55,927 bases of DNA, taken from positions 1 through 55,927 of IMG/VR virus record IMGVR_UViG_3300013093_000056. One strand, written 5' to 3'. Position numbers and translations under genes: made by a program. The notes beneath the pieces were generated by a model. It saw only the letters and a program-made list of their open reading frames with translations, did not search any database and was not told where the DNA came from. This DNA is from a virus. Lineage: Duplodnaviria; Caudoviricetes. Positions 8,401 through 17,020 of this stretch are shown here, piece after piece; position 1 is the stretch's first letter; each line of letters begins with the position of its first letter.

Positions 8401-8430
8401 CTTTACACAAACACACAAAGGAGAATAAAA

Positions 8431-8646
8431 ATGACAAAAACACCTTTTGAAATTAGATTTGATTTATTAAATTTTGCTCAAAGTCAATTGTCTAGTGAAT
8501 ACTATGCATCTTTAGAGCTCGTTCGTGAAAAGACATTAGAAAATTCCATCGAACGAAAAGTAGCAGCAGAAAACTTAAAATATCCAACAAAAGATGATAT
8601 TATTAAATTGGCATCAGAACTCAAAGAGTTTGTTGATAGCAAGTAA
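8431..8646 (+). CDS. Conserved small phage protein (KTPFEIRFDLL...YPT...A..L..FV)
   Basis: AAGGAG RBS before the ATG at 8431; the longer track start at 8350 lies within the tmRNA. Confidence 0.8.
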   Translation: MTKTPFEIRFDLLNFAQSQLSSEYYASLELVREKTLENSIERKVAAENLKYPTKDDIIKLASELKEFVDSK

Positions 8647-8655
8647 CATATATTG

Positions 8656-8675
8656 TGGAGGGAGCAATCCCTCCA
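8656..8675 (+). terminator. Hairpin, possible terminator or processing site
   Basis: TGGAGGGA-GCAA-TCCCTCCA, 8 bp stem with GNRA loop; weak U tail. Confidence 0.55.
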
Positions 8676-8692
8676 TCATTTAAGGTAAAGAA

Positions 8693-8926
8693 ATGAAATT
8701 AAAAAATATTAAGTCGTCCTCAGATTTTGTAAAAGAGATTGAAGTATTAGTAGTAGAAAAAAATATTGATTTTTTTGAAGCTGTGATGTATTATTGTGAG
8801 ACTAAAGGTATTGAAGTTGAAACTGCTGCCTCATTAATTAAACAAAGCACAACTCTCAAAGCCAAGATACAATTTGAAGCAGAGAACCTTAACCTCTTGA
8901 AAAAGACAGCGAGACTTCCTATATGA
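8693..8926 (+). CDS. gp33: Late transcription coactivator gp33
   Basis: FVKEIE..V, LKAKIQFEAENLNLL and LPI C-terminus; synteny with gp59 and gp32. Confidence 0.88.
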   Translation: MKLKNIKSSSDFVKEIEVLVVEKNIDFFEAVMYYCETKGIEVETAASLIKQSTTLKAKIQFEAENLNLLKKTARLPI

Positions 8927-9318
8927 AAAATGTGAAACAAGAAACCAAAGTTCAGCATTCTAAACCCTGGGGTGGCTATACAATCCTTGACATGGAAGAT
9001 CCAACTGCTATGCCCAATGAAAAGAAATCTCTTGTCAAGGAATTGGTTGTAGAACCAAACCGTTGCCTTAGCTACCAGCGTCACAACAAACGTAGTGAAA
9101 TTTGGTTTGTTAAATCAGGAACAGCTCGTGTCATTACAAACAATGGTCATGGCGATGAAACTAGAATTGTTTATAAACACGAACACATTTTTATTGAATG
9201 TGGAGCTTGGCATCAATTAATTAATCCTAGCGATAAGACTCTTCGTATTATTGAGATCCAATATGGAGATGCTTGTGATGAAAATGACATTATAAGAAAG
9301 CATCATGACTCCGTTTGA
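8923..9318 (+). CDS. Cupin resembling the type II mannose-6-phosphate isomerase C-terminal domain
   Basis: KPWGGY, LSYQRHNKRSEIW, HQLIN and IIEIQYG...ENDIIR motifs. Confidence 0.85.
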   Translation: MKNVKQETKVQHSKPWGGYTILDMEDPTAMPNEKKSLVKELVVEPNRCLSYQRHNKRSEIWFVKSGTARVITNNGHGDETRIVYKHEHIFIECGAWHQLINPSDKTLRIIEIQYGDACDENDIIRKHHDSV

Positions 9319-9877
9319 AGCATATAAACTTTATACTGCCTTAAAGAATCATTTTTCTACAGACTCTTATGACTTCTTTAAGTATCATGGAAAGGTAAGA
9401 GCAGATGAACATAGCTTTGAGATTCGTAAAGACAAATATATGTTCTACAAACTATCCAAACATGAAGATCCTAAGACGTTTCTTGTAGCCAATCTTTCTG
9501 AAAGTAGTAAAGAATGGGTTGGTGATATGTTTGATTTATCTCACCAAATGAACTACAACGAATTCCTTAGACGTAAACAATCACTAACTTATGTTTTTGA
9601 AACCGACATTGATAACTTGTTAGAAGACTTTGACAAAAACTTTGAAGTTTCTTCTTCTGGTTATCCACATCTTCTGAATCTGCTTATTCGTAAAAAAATC
9701 TGCAAAGAATCCTTTATTATTATTCAAGACTGTGTACGTTTTTTTGCAAGATGGAATAAGCAGATTTCAGATCCAGTTTTTTGGCCACAGATAGCAAAGA
9801 ATTGTAAGAAGCTCCATCCATTCTTGGAGTACGATAAAGATAAATACTGTAAGATCCTTAGAAATAAATTCTCTTGA
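9305..9877 (+). CDS. gp59: Helicase loader gp59
   Basis: AYKLYTALKNHF..YDFFKYHGK and RKDKYMFYKLS motifs; directly upstream of gp32. Confidence 0.92.
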   Translation: MTPFEAYKLYTALKNHFSTDSYDFFKYHGKVRADEHSFEIRKDKYMFYKLSKHEDPKTFLVANLSESSKEWVGDMFDLSHQMNYNEFLRRKQSLTYVFETDIDNLLEDFDKNFEVSSSGYPHLLNLLIRKKICKESFIIIQDCVRFFARWNKQISDPVFWPQIAKNCKKLHPFLEYDKDKYCKILRNKFS

Positions 9878-9937
9878 TCTTATATTTTATACATCGTAAT
9901 ATTAACATATACCGTAACACACATCGGAGATACTAAA

Positions 9938-10855
9938 ATGACTATTAATTTTGACGCTCTTAAGCAAAACCGCAAGTCTTCTTTTGATAAATTGACCACA
10001 GAGTTAAACAAGTTAACTCAACCTGCAGCGGGACAGGACAATCCAAACAATGACGAACGCTACTGGAAACCAGACATTGACAAAGCAGGCAATGGTTATG
10101 CAATCATTCGTTTTCTTCCCGCTCCCGTGGGAGAGGATGTGCCTTTCGTACGCATTTGGGACCATGGGTTTCAAGGTCCTGGTGGTTGGTACATCGAAAA
10201 GTCCCTTACCACCTTCAACAAGCCCGACCCAGCATCAGAGTACAACTCGAAGCTCTGGGCAACCGGTATTGAGTCTAATAAAACATTAGTTCGTAATCAG
10301 AAGCGCCGTTTGTCTTTCTACAGCAACATTTATGTTGTCAAGGATCCTACTCGTCCTCAGAACGAAGGTAAGGTATTCCTTTACAAGTATGGTAAGCGTA
10401 TTTTTGATAAGATTAATGAAGCTATGCATCCTCAATTTGAAGGTGAAGTTCGTATCAACCCATTTGATCTTTGGGAAGGTGCTAACTTTAAGTTGAAGAT
10501 TCGTAAGCTCGATGGATATCCAAATTATGATAAGTCAGAGTTTGATTCTAAGGGTCCATTGTTACAGGATGACTCAGAATTGGAAGCTATTTGGAAGAAA
10601 GAATATTCTCTCCAAGAACTTCTTGATCCTAAGCACTTTAAGTCTTATGAGGAACTCAAGGCTCGTCTTGAAAAGGCTATTGGTGTCACAACTGAGGCTT
10701 CTGGTGGAGGATTCTCTTCACGTGATGAAGACGAAGATGTTGCATATGCTCCAGCTCCTAAGGCAGCTCCTGCACCATCAGCTCCAGCACAAAGTGCACC
10801 ATGGGATGAGGATGATGAAGATATGAGCTTCTTTAAGAAGTTAGCTTCTGATTAA
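9938..10855 (+). CDS. gp32: Single-stranded DNA-binding protein gp32
   Basis: DKAGNGYAIIRFLP, HGFQGPGGWYIE, GKVFLYKYGKRIFDKI, PFDLWEGANFKLKI; acidic tail ending FFKKLA. Confidence 0.97.
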   Translation: MTINFDALKQNRKSSFDKLTTELNKLTQPAAGQDNPNNDERYWKPDIDKAGNGYAIIRFLPAPVGEDVPFVRIWDHGFQGPGGWYIEKSLTTFNKPDPASEYNSKLWATGIESNKTLVRNQKRRLSFYSNIYVVKDPTRPQNEGKVFLYKYGKRIFDKINEAMHPQFEGEVRINPFDLWEGANFKLKIRKLDGYPNYDKSEFDSKGPLLQDDSELEAIWKKEYSLQELLDPKHFKSYEELKARLEKAIGVTTEASGGGFSSRDEDEDVAYAPAPKAAPAPSAPAQSAPWDEDDEDMSFFKKLASD

Positions 10856-12981
10856 GGTGACATTGCAATTGAGTTAAAACCAAACAGAGCAAAATCCAAA
10901 TCGGATTTGTCAGGCTTGGTAATAACCATACCAGAACTTTGTCTAGGAGGTGGAGAGGATTGTGCTCCACCTCCAACTACGTTATTATTAACTATTACAG
11001 CTGGTGGAGAAGACATTGCTTTTGCATTTTCAGCAGATGCAGCAGCAACTCCTGCAGTTGATTTGTTTGGTATACCTATAGGCATACCAAATTTATTAGA
11101 ATAGTCTATTGATAATTGAGCATCGGATTTACCAGCTTCTGGACCTGGCGTCGGACCGCTAAATGGATCTCCCCCTGTTGTATCCCTCGATACATCCATC
11201 CATTTTTTTGCTAATTTTATATCACCTTGTTTTAATGCTTGTATTGCTTGTTTAGCATTACCAGGTGGTATTGATCCATCTTCTTTACCCTTACGAATTT
11301 GTTCTAATAGATCAACAACATTTTCATTAGAGGTTTCATAAGGAGAAAGAGGCGTAGAGTTAGAATCAGTAGTAGCTCCATTACCCATAGCTTTTGCTCT
11401 TTCACCTGATTGGTTTTGCCAAGCAGTAAGTTGCTCTTGAGTAATCTTTCCTTCCCTCTTTGCAATTTGGGCTTCTTTGTATGAACCAAATTGAGGAGCT
11501 GCAGCAGGGGCTTCTTTCTTTCCTCCTCCAAAGATACTCCAGTTAGCAGGATTTAGACTCGAGGCAAGATTGCTAGCCCATTCAGATACGGCTTTGCCCA
11601 TATCAGAGAATACGTTTTTAACTCTGTCGCCTAGACCACCAAAATAGTCAAATATCATATTTTGAACATTTTGGAAAGTATCTGTAATTATAGCAACAAC
11701 ATCAAAATTTTTCCACCAATCAGATATATCTTTATAAAACCCATTAAACAAATTAGTTACATCAGTATATAAATTTGTAAACCATGCAATAACATCATCG
11801 CCTAATTTGAATGCAGAAGCAATCCAACCATTGACGGTATCCATTGCAGTATTGAATGCTCCTACGATAGCATCCTTTGCTAAATTAATCCAGCCTGTAA
11901 TAATTTCTGCAAGATTGAAAGTGCTAAGATAATCACTAATTGCTTTTCCTGTATCTTCAAAACCAAAGAATGTAAGTATCTTAGAAATTAATGTTCCTAC
12001 ACCTTTAATAATCATATTAGGTATCATTGTAACACCTTCAATTAGAGCACCTAGTATATCTCCATTCATTACATCAGTTATTTCTTTGGAAATGGAATCA
12101 AAGAAAGATCCAAACACAGAACCAATAGTTCCTGTGAATATATCAATATACTGACCAATTTTTCTTCCTATAAAAGTAAATGCGTCTTCTAGGAAATGAA
12201 CTGTATCATCTAGAAAATCTGATATTACTTTTACTAAATCTACACTGTCTAACCAATCATTTATTTCTTTTGCAATATTATCAAAACCAAAAAAGCTTAG
12301 AATGTTTGCAACAAGTCTTCCAAGACCCGTCAATAACAAACCACCAATTGCTCCTAGCCCATCAGTTAATGCTTTTACCCAATCACCATTCATAAGATCG
12401 TCAAATACTTTGATTACACCATCAAAGAACTTTGCCCAATCTTGTTGTTTAAGAGATGCAAAGATACCTACAAGAATTGCTATGGGACCAGCAAACTCTA
12501 AAGCAAATGTTCCAATACCTTCTAGTACAGGAATCAAACCTGTGATTAAGCCTTCTATGGGTCCTAAGAATTTAGTAACGTCTCCTAGGAATCCTGGACC
12601 TTTTGCTTGTTGAGCTGCAGCAGGAGCAGCACCACCTTCACCACCTGCTGCAGGAGGAGCAGAAGGAGCAGATCCTCCAAGACCACCTTTCAATGCATCA
12701 AGGATATCAGTAGTCATTGTTTCAATAGATTCTGTAAGATTTTCTATTGATCTGTTTTGTTGTTTTAATGTTTTGTTAATTTCAGAAAGAATGCTTTGTG
12801 ATTTTTCATCACTAGTTTTAGCAATACCTTCACCCTTACCACCAACGGCAGCTTGCATACCTGCAGCAGCTCGTGCTTGGTTTTCAGCTAATGCAGCTTG
12901 AATCTGAGCAAGGATTTTAGGATTTGTCTTTTCCGGATCGAGATCACTAGCTTTTGCTGGACCTCCTGGTAGTTTAGCCAT
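10852..12981 (-). CDS. Probable tape measure / baseplate hub protein (gp29-like)
   Basis: 709 aa, amphipathic W/F-spaced helical repeats, duplicated IL.FFGF block, VIVNNN C-terminal motif; lies downstream of gp26 and gp51. Confidence 0.7.
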   Translation of the reverse strand: MAKLPGGPAKASDLDPEKTNPKILAQIQAALAENQARAAAGMQAAVGGKGEGIAKTSDEKSQSILSEINKTLKQQNRSIENLTESIETMTTDILDALKGGLGGSAPSAPPAAGGEGGAAPAAAQQAKGPGFLGDVTKFLGPIEGLITGLIPVLEGIGTFALEFAGPIAILVGIFASLKQQDWAKFFDGVIKVFDDLMNGDWVKALTDGLGAIGGLLLTGLGRLVANILSFFGFDNIAKEINDWLDSVDLVKVISDFLDDTVHFLEDAFTFIGRKIGQYIDIFTGTIGSVFGSFFDSISKEITDVMNGDILGALIEGVTMIPNMIIKGVGTLISKILTFFGFEDTGKAISDYLSTFNLAEIITGWINLAKDAIVGAFNTAMDTVNGWIASAFKLGDDVIAWFTNLYTDVTNLFNGFYKDISDWWKNFDVVAIITDTFQNVQNMIFDYFGGLGDRVKNVFSDMGKAVSEWASNLASSLNPANWSIFGGGKKEAPAAAPQFGSYKEAQIAKREGKITQEQLTAWQNQSGERAKAMGNGATTDSNSTPLSPYETSNENVVDLLEQIRKGKEDGSIPPGNAKQAIQALKQGDIKLAKKWMDVSRDTTGGDPFSGPTPGPEAGKSDAQLSIDYSNKFGMPIGIPNKSTAGVAAASAENAKAMSSPPAVIVNNNVVGGGAQSSPPPRQSSGMVITKPDKSDLDFALFGFNSIAMSP

Positions 12982-13153
12982 TCTTCCTGTTTCTCTCTTC
13001 CTCTAATTGCTTAAGATGTTGCATAAGCAATTCAACAAATAAATCTCGTTCGTAAGGATACATTTCGTATACCTCTGTCAAACTATATTTATGATGCTGG
13101 ACAAGAGCAAAGAGAGTATTGTAATAAATGCCTATATTACTATACCCTGTCAT
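12974..13153 (-). CDS. gp51: gp51-like baseplate hub assembly protein, 59 aa (absent from the ORF track)
   Basis: MTGYSNIGIYYNTLFALVQHHKYSLTEVYEMYPYERDLFVELLMQHLKQLEEERNRKNG*; FAL.QHHKYSLTE...P.ER motif; TAATG overlap with gp26. Confidence 0.85.
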   Translation of the reverse strand: MTGYSNIGIYYNTLFALVQHHKYSLTEVYEMYPYERDLFVELLMQHLKQLEEERNRKNG

Positions 13154-13845
13154 TACGTAAAAAAATTGTTCAGACCTTTAATAGTAACAGTTTTTTGTTT
13201 ACCCTTAGAATTCTTCAAAACAACTTCATGTTCTACGGCAGGCATTGTATCAAAGAATGTTTTAATCTTTTGCATTGCATCCATAGGAAGACTATTAACA
13301 AATTCCTTCATTTCTTCATCTGTGAAATCAGTGTATACAGTATCTTCATCAAACACTTGTTCGATACAATTAATAAGAATATCTGTGACAGAATCTGTAT
13401 TGTCAGATTCCTGTAAAATGCCAACTTGGCTAACAGAAGGATATTTCATTTTAATTCCAACTTTGTCTTGAATATTAATGAGGTTGGAATGGTTGTCACG
13501 ATACCTTACTTCTACATTATCTAAGTTAATTTTAAATTTGATAGTTTCTTCTGATTCTGGATCTTTGTATTCAAGATCTACTATTTCTCCAATTGACTTT
13601 GCTCTTAACTTTAGGAACAAATATTCAATATCAAATGTAGCCAATTTATCTACATCGATAGATTCGATAACACAATTAGAAATAATTTGCTTTACAGCAT
13701 TTAAGATATCTTCAGATTTTTCTGAAGATTTAGCCATCATAAGAAGCTTTTCTTCTTGAACTGTAAATGGTTTAATGTTAATAGGTTGCTTTGTAGAAGG
13801 TATCTTCAATGCATATGTTGGATGTTTAATTTTTGGTAAAGCCAT
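13153..13845 (-). CDS. gp26: Baseplate hub assembly protein gp26-like
   Basis: MALPKI..P.Y, KPFTVQEEKLLMMA, FDIEYLFLKLRAKSIGE, FFDTMP and GL..FF end. Confidence 0.9.
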   Translation of the reverse strand: MALPKIKHPTYALKIPSTKQPINIKPFTVQEEKLLMMAKSSEKSEDILNAVKQIISNCVIESIDVDKLATFDIEYLFLKLRAKSIGEIVDLEYKDPESEETIKFKINLDNVEVRYRDNHSNLINIQDKVGIKMKYPSVSQVGILQESDNTDSVTDILINCIEQVFDEDTVYTDFTDEEMKEFVNSLPMDAMQKIKTFFDTMPAVEHEVVLKNSKGKQKTVTIKGLNNFFT

Positions 13846-13869
13846 AATATAGTTCCTTTATAATATAAA

Positions 13870-14580
13870 TTATCTTACACCAGCAGGTAGTGATCCTGGA
13901 TTAGAAAATGGGTTATAATTAAGATTTGAGTTGCCTTGATTGACTTGTTGATCTATTCTAGTAATAGTATCTTGTGTTGAATTAGCTCTTGTCTGTGTAA
14001 CTGAATTGGTAGTTCCAGGATCAAGAGTATCAGAAGACCAAGATGTGTATGCAAATGTGACAGGAAGTCTTACAAGTTGATTTTCTTGAGCCCAATCTAC
14101 CTGAACATCTCCAATGGTGATTGGAAACACATCTATAAAATCATACTTAAGAACTGGCTTACCATCATCAGCAAAATGAGTAAGAGATAGTCCTCCATAG
14201 TAATCCTTTGGATATGCAAATGTTGCATAAGAGGATCCAGCAGCAGTTCCATTAGGATTAGTCTTCTTATTGAAATTCATAATCGACTGCATCCACTGAT
14301 GGAAAAATTTAAATATCTTAGCTTGAGAATCAGTAAAAAATGTCAATTGTATGTCTTGAAAAGTAGCACCATGAGGTCTCTTTTCACTTATACCATATCC
14401 AGAGGGTTTGATGTCCTCTGTTTGAAAAGAAATACCTGGCAAATGAGCACTCTCACAATAGTAAGTTAACAAAGGTTCATTGGCATTAGGACCAGTGATC
14501 ATAGCTTCAAATTTAGAAGTTCTGGTAAGACCACCACCTTCATTTACTCTACTAATTAAATCGTTGACATTAAACGCCAT
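13870..14580 (-). CDS. Tail tube family protein (gp19/gp54-like tube initiator)
   Basis: Likely start MAFNVNDL at 14580; CESAHLPG, FFHQWM, YPKDY, FPITIG and VTFAY motifs. Confidence 0.75.
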   Translation of the reverse strand: MAFNVNDLISRVNEGGGLTRTSKFEAMITGPNANEPLLTYYCESAHLPGISFQTEDIKPSGYGISEKRPHGATFQDIQLTFFTDSQAKIFKFFHQWMQSIMNFNKKTNPNGTAAGSSYATFAYPKDYYGGLSLTHFADDGKPVLKYDFIDVFPITIGDVQVDWAQENQLVRLPVTFAYTSWSSDTLDPGTTNSVTQTRANSTQDTITRIDQQVNQGNSNLNYNPFSNPGSLPAGVR

Positions 14581-15160
14581 TAATAATTGCTCTCGAATCT
14601 TTGTAAACAACATTCTTGTTTCTTTTTTGGAATCTTTCCAACGGTAAGAATAATGCAATATCCCATTCGTTTGCTGGAATCAAAAGAAACTTAGTTTTAA
14701 GGTGATCATATAGATATCTTTTAATACATGGTTCAAAATATTTATACTTGGCAGCAGAATTAAGTAAGCTATAAGAAGCTCTCAACCTAGTTGTATCATC
14801 AAACTTCATATTGTTAACTAAAGGATACAATGCATCCATCAACCTTGCTCTATAGACAGGATGGATGTAGTGTAGATTCATACCAAGGAATCCATCCTCA
14901 TCCTTTTTGAAAGGAAACACCAAAGGAAACATATCCCAATAAGGAAGATCATCTTTGGTTTTTGGATCATATTGGTAGAGATACAAAGATCCTGGTTGAA
15001 TAGACTGCTTTTGATATTGAGTATTCTTGCCAATAATTGTTCTTGGATTTGCGTTGCGGACATCCATAGCTTTAGAACGATACCAATCTCTGGCATCCAT
15101 CGAACCTGGCTTGTTGACAGCAGTTCTTCCCTGCTCTAGTAATTTAGTAAAAATTGTCAT
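14570..15160 (-). CDS. gp2: DNA end protector gp2
   Basis: YDPKTKDDLPYWDMFPLV, GMNLHY, CIKRYL and ALFLPLERF motifs. Confidence 0.92.
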   Translation of the reverse strand: MTIFTKLLEQGRTAVNKPGSMDARDWYRSKAMDVRNANPRTIIGKNTQYQKQSIQPGSLYLYQYDPKTKDDLPYWDMFPLVFPFKKDEDGFLGMNLHYIHPVYRARLMDALYPLVNNMKFDDTTRLRASYSLLNSAAKYKYFEPCIKRYLYDHLKTKFLLIPANEWDIALFLPLERFQKRNKNVVYKDSRAIINGV

Positions 15161-15603
15161 TAAACTTTACCTAAACCTAACTCTTTTTCTGTAAGTACTT
15201 TGAATTGCCACTTTCTATTCAAGCAAAATTGTTCTGCAGCTTTCCACTTTGCATCATTAACACCAAACGTTTTTAGCTCGCTAATATATCGTCTGGTTGT
15301 CTTTTGCTTTCTTTCTGGCATTCTTGTTTGAATATCAGGTTTGATCTCTATTATCATAGTATTTATCGTAGTCTCATTGACCCTTGCTTTTACCCAAAAG
15401 TCTGGAAAATAACGATGGACTTTTTTGTCTACAGGACTATAATAAGGAATTACGATCTCTTCTGATGCCCATTCCAATATTAATGGATTGGTATCCAAAT
15501 ATCTCATAAATCTCAGTTCCCACAGACTTCTATATACTATGTTAGTATAGTCTCCCCTATATTTACTGGGGTTGTGAGGTTTAAACTTTCCTTTATATGC
15601 CAT
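15160..15603 (-). CDS. gp4: Head completion nuclease gp4 (TnsA-like)
   Basis: YKGKFKP.NPSKY.GD, YRSLWE, WASEE, HRYFPDF, EIKP and N.AKW.AA motifs. Confidence 0.93.
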   Translation of the reverse strand: MAYKGKFKPHNPSKYRGDYTNIVYRSLWELRFMRYLDTNPLILEWASEEIVIPYYSPVDKKVHRYFPDFWVKARVNETTINTMIIEIKPDIQTRMPERKQKTTRRYISELKTFGVNDAKWKAAEQFCLNRKWQFKVLTEKELGLGKV

Positions 15604-15616
15604 TGTAAGTTCTCAC

Positions 15617-15639
15617 TATAAATATATTCAGTATTTATA
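15617..15639. promoter_or_regulatory. Pair of oppositely oriented T4-type late promoters
   Basis: TATAAATA on + at 15617-15624 and on - at 15632-15639, in the 45 nt gap between gp4 and gp48. Confidence 0.85.
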
Positions 15640-15648
15640 GGAGCAATA

Positions 15649-16455
15649 ATGAATTATTCATTTCCAAAAGAACAGTCGCAATACTGTACTAGATTGATGC
15701 TTAAGAAATATAGCAGACCTAGACCAGGCGCTAGCACAACTATTACAAGCGATTACATTTTCCGTTTTCCTTTGCCACAGCAGCTTCAAGATGCATATAA
15801 TATCAATGTGTCTTCTACCAATCTAGAATTGCTTGGTAATTCTCCTACTAATTTGCTAGCTGCTGGTAAGTCCGTTGCAGAAGATTTTAAGAATACTGCT
15901 GCTACCGGTAATTTTGGTGTATCCAAAATACTTCAGGTTGCAACAGATGTTGCTGCTCTTTCTCCTGCAGTATCTGATTCGCTACAACACGTAGCACAAT
16001 TGCAAGCTGGTATCGTAAGAAACCCTCACTTGACAACTCTGTTCCAAGGTGTCAATCTAAAGCATTACAATTTTACATGGAAGATATCTCCTAGATCTGC
16101 AGATGAGTCAAGAGATTTAAACGAATGCATAAGATTGATTAAAGCATATATGCATCCTGCAATCATTGGAGGAGGTTTTGCTTTGGAATACCCTTATCTT
16201 GCAGAAGTACAATTTGATGCTGGCAATAACACAACTATGCCTAATGTTAGTGATTCGTTTATTACCAGCTTCACTGTAAACAATTCTGGTAGTGGTGGAG
16301 CTGCTTTCTTTAACGATGGTAATCCTGTTTCTGTAGAATTGACTTTAGGATTCCAAGAAATTGATATTAAGACAAGAGAAAGTTTTGGAGAAAGTGGTTC
16401 CAATCGTACTATTAATACTAGTATAAATGCTAGTCAAACTTCAAGGGTAGGATAA
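15649..16455 (+). CDS. gp48: Baseplate tail tube cap gp48-like
   Basis: NPH...LFQGV..K.YNFTWK.SPRS..ES and DGNPVSVELTLGFQE motifs. Confidence 0.85.
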   Translation: MNYSFPKEQSQYCTRLMLKKYSRPRPGASTTITSDYIFRFPLPQQLQDAYNINVSSTNLELLGNSPTNLLAAGKSVAEDFKNTAATGNFGVSKILQVATDVAALSPAVSDSLQHVAQLQAGIVRNPHLTTLFQGVNLKHYNFTWKISPRSADESRDLNECIRLIKAYMHPAIIGGGFALEYPYLAEVQFDAGNNTTMPNVSDSFITSFTVNNSGSGGAAFFNDGNPVSVELTLGFQEIDIKTRESFGESGSNRTINTSINASQTSRVG

Positions 16456-16456
16456 C

Positions 16457-17020
16457 ATGTCGTCACTTTTTGATTACGTACCTACAATTAAATACAATTC
16501 AATTACTTCTGTAAACATATTAGAAGAAGCAACGGTTATTAGTCAATATACAAATGACTACAGAACTTTTTATAATTACCTATTAAAAGATGGTGAAAGA
16601 GCAGACATTGTTGCATACAATGAATATGGCGATCCAACATTAGATTGGATTATATTCATGGTAAATGGTGTTACTGATCCTTATAAAGATTGGTTGTTAG
16701 ATTATAACCATTTTATTTTATATCTAGAAAACAAATACAACAGAACATCATATAGTCTTACTTCTACTACTGATCCAACAGCGATTAAGTATTATTATTA
16801 CCAAGGATTGGCATCAGATGATTCTGCAACGATTGCTTCGTATAATTATACAATGTCGTACAACACATACGTAAGTTTGGGTAGTCCTGCTGGATGGGTT
16901 GCTAAAACAATATATGATTATGAGTTTGATATCAATGAATCAAAAAGAAATATAAAGCTTCTTAAACCTCAATATATTTCTGATTTCAAACAACAGGTAA
17001 AAAATATATTCAATGGCTAA
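16457..17020 (+). CDS. gp53: Baseplate wedge gp53
   Basis: DGERADIVA...YGD...DWII..N..DPY.DW and NESKRNIKLLKP motifs. Confidence 0.9.
   Translation: MSSLFDYVPTIKYNSITSVNILEEATVISQYTNDYRTFYNYLLKDGERADIVAYNEYGDPTLDWIIFMVNGVTDPYKDWLLDYNHFILYLENKYNRTSYSLTSTTDPTAIKYYYYQGLASDDSATIASYNYTMSYNTYVSLGSPAGWVAKTIYDYEFDINESKRNIKLLKPQYISDFKQQVKNIFNG

Noticed and set aside
8077-8430. ORF 8077..8322 (-) and the extended start of ORF 8350..8646
   Set aside because: Both overlap the tmRNA; the real gene has an AAGGAG RBS before the ATG at 8431
15160-15603. TnsA-like transposase or homing endonuclease
   Set aside because: Motifs and synteny with gp2 identify the core head completion protein gp4
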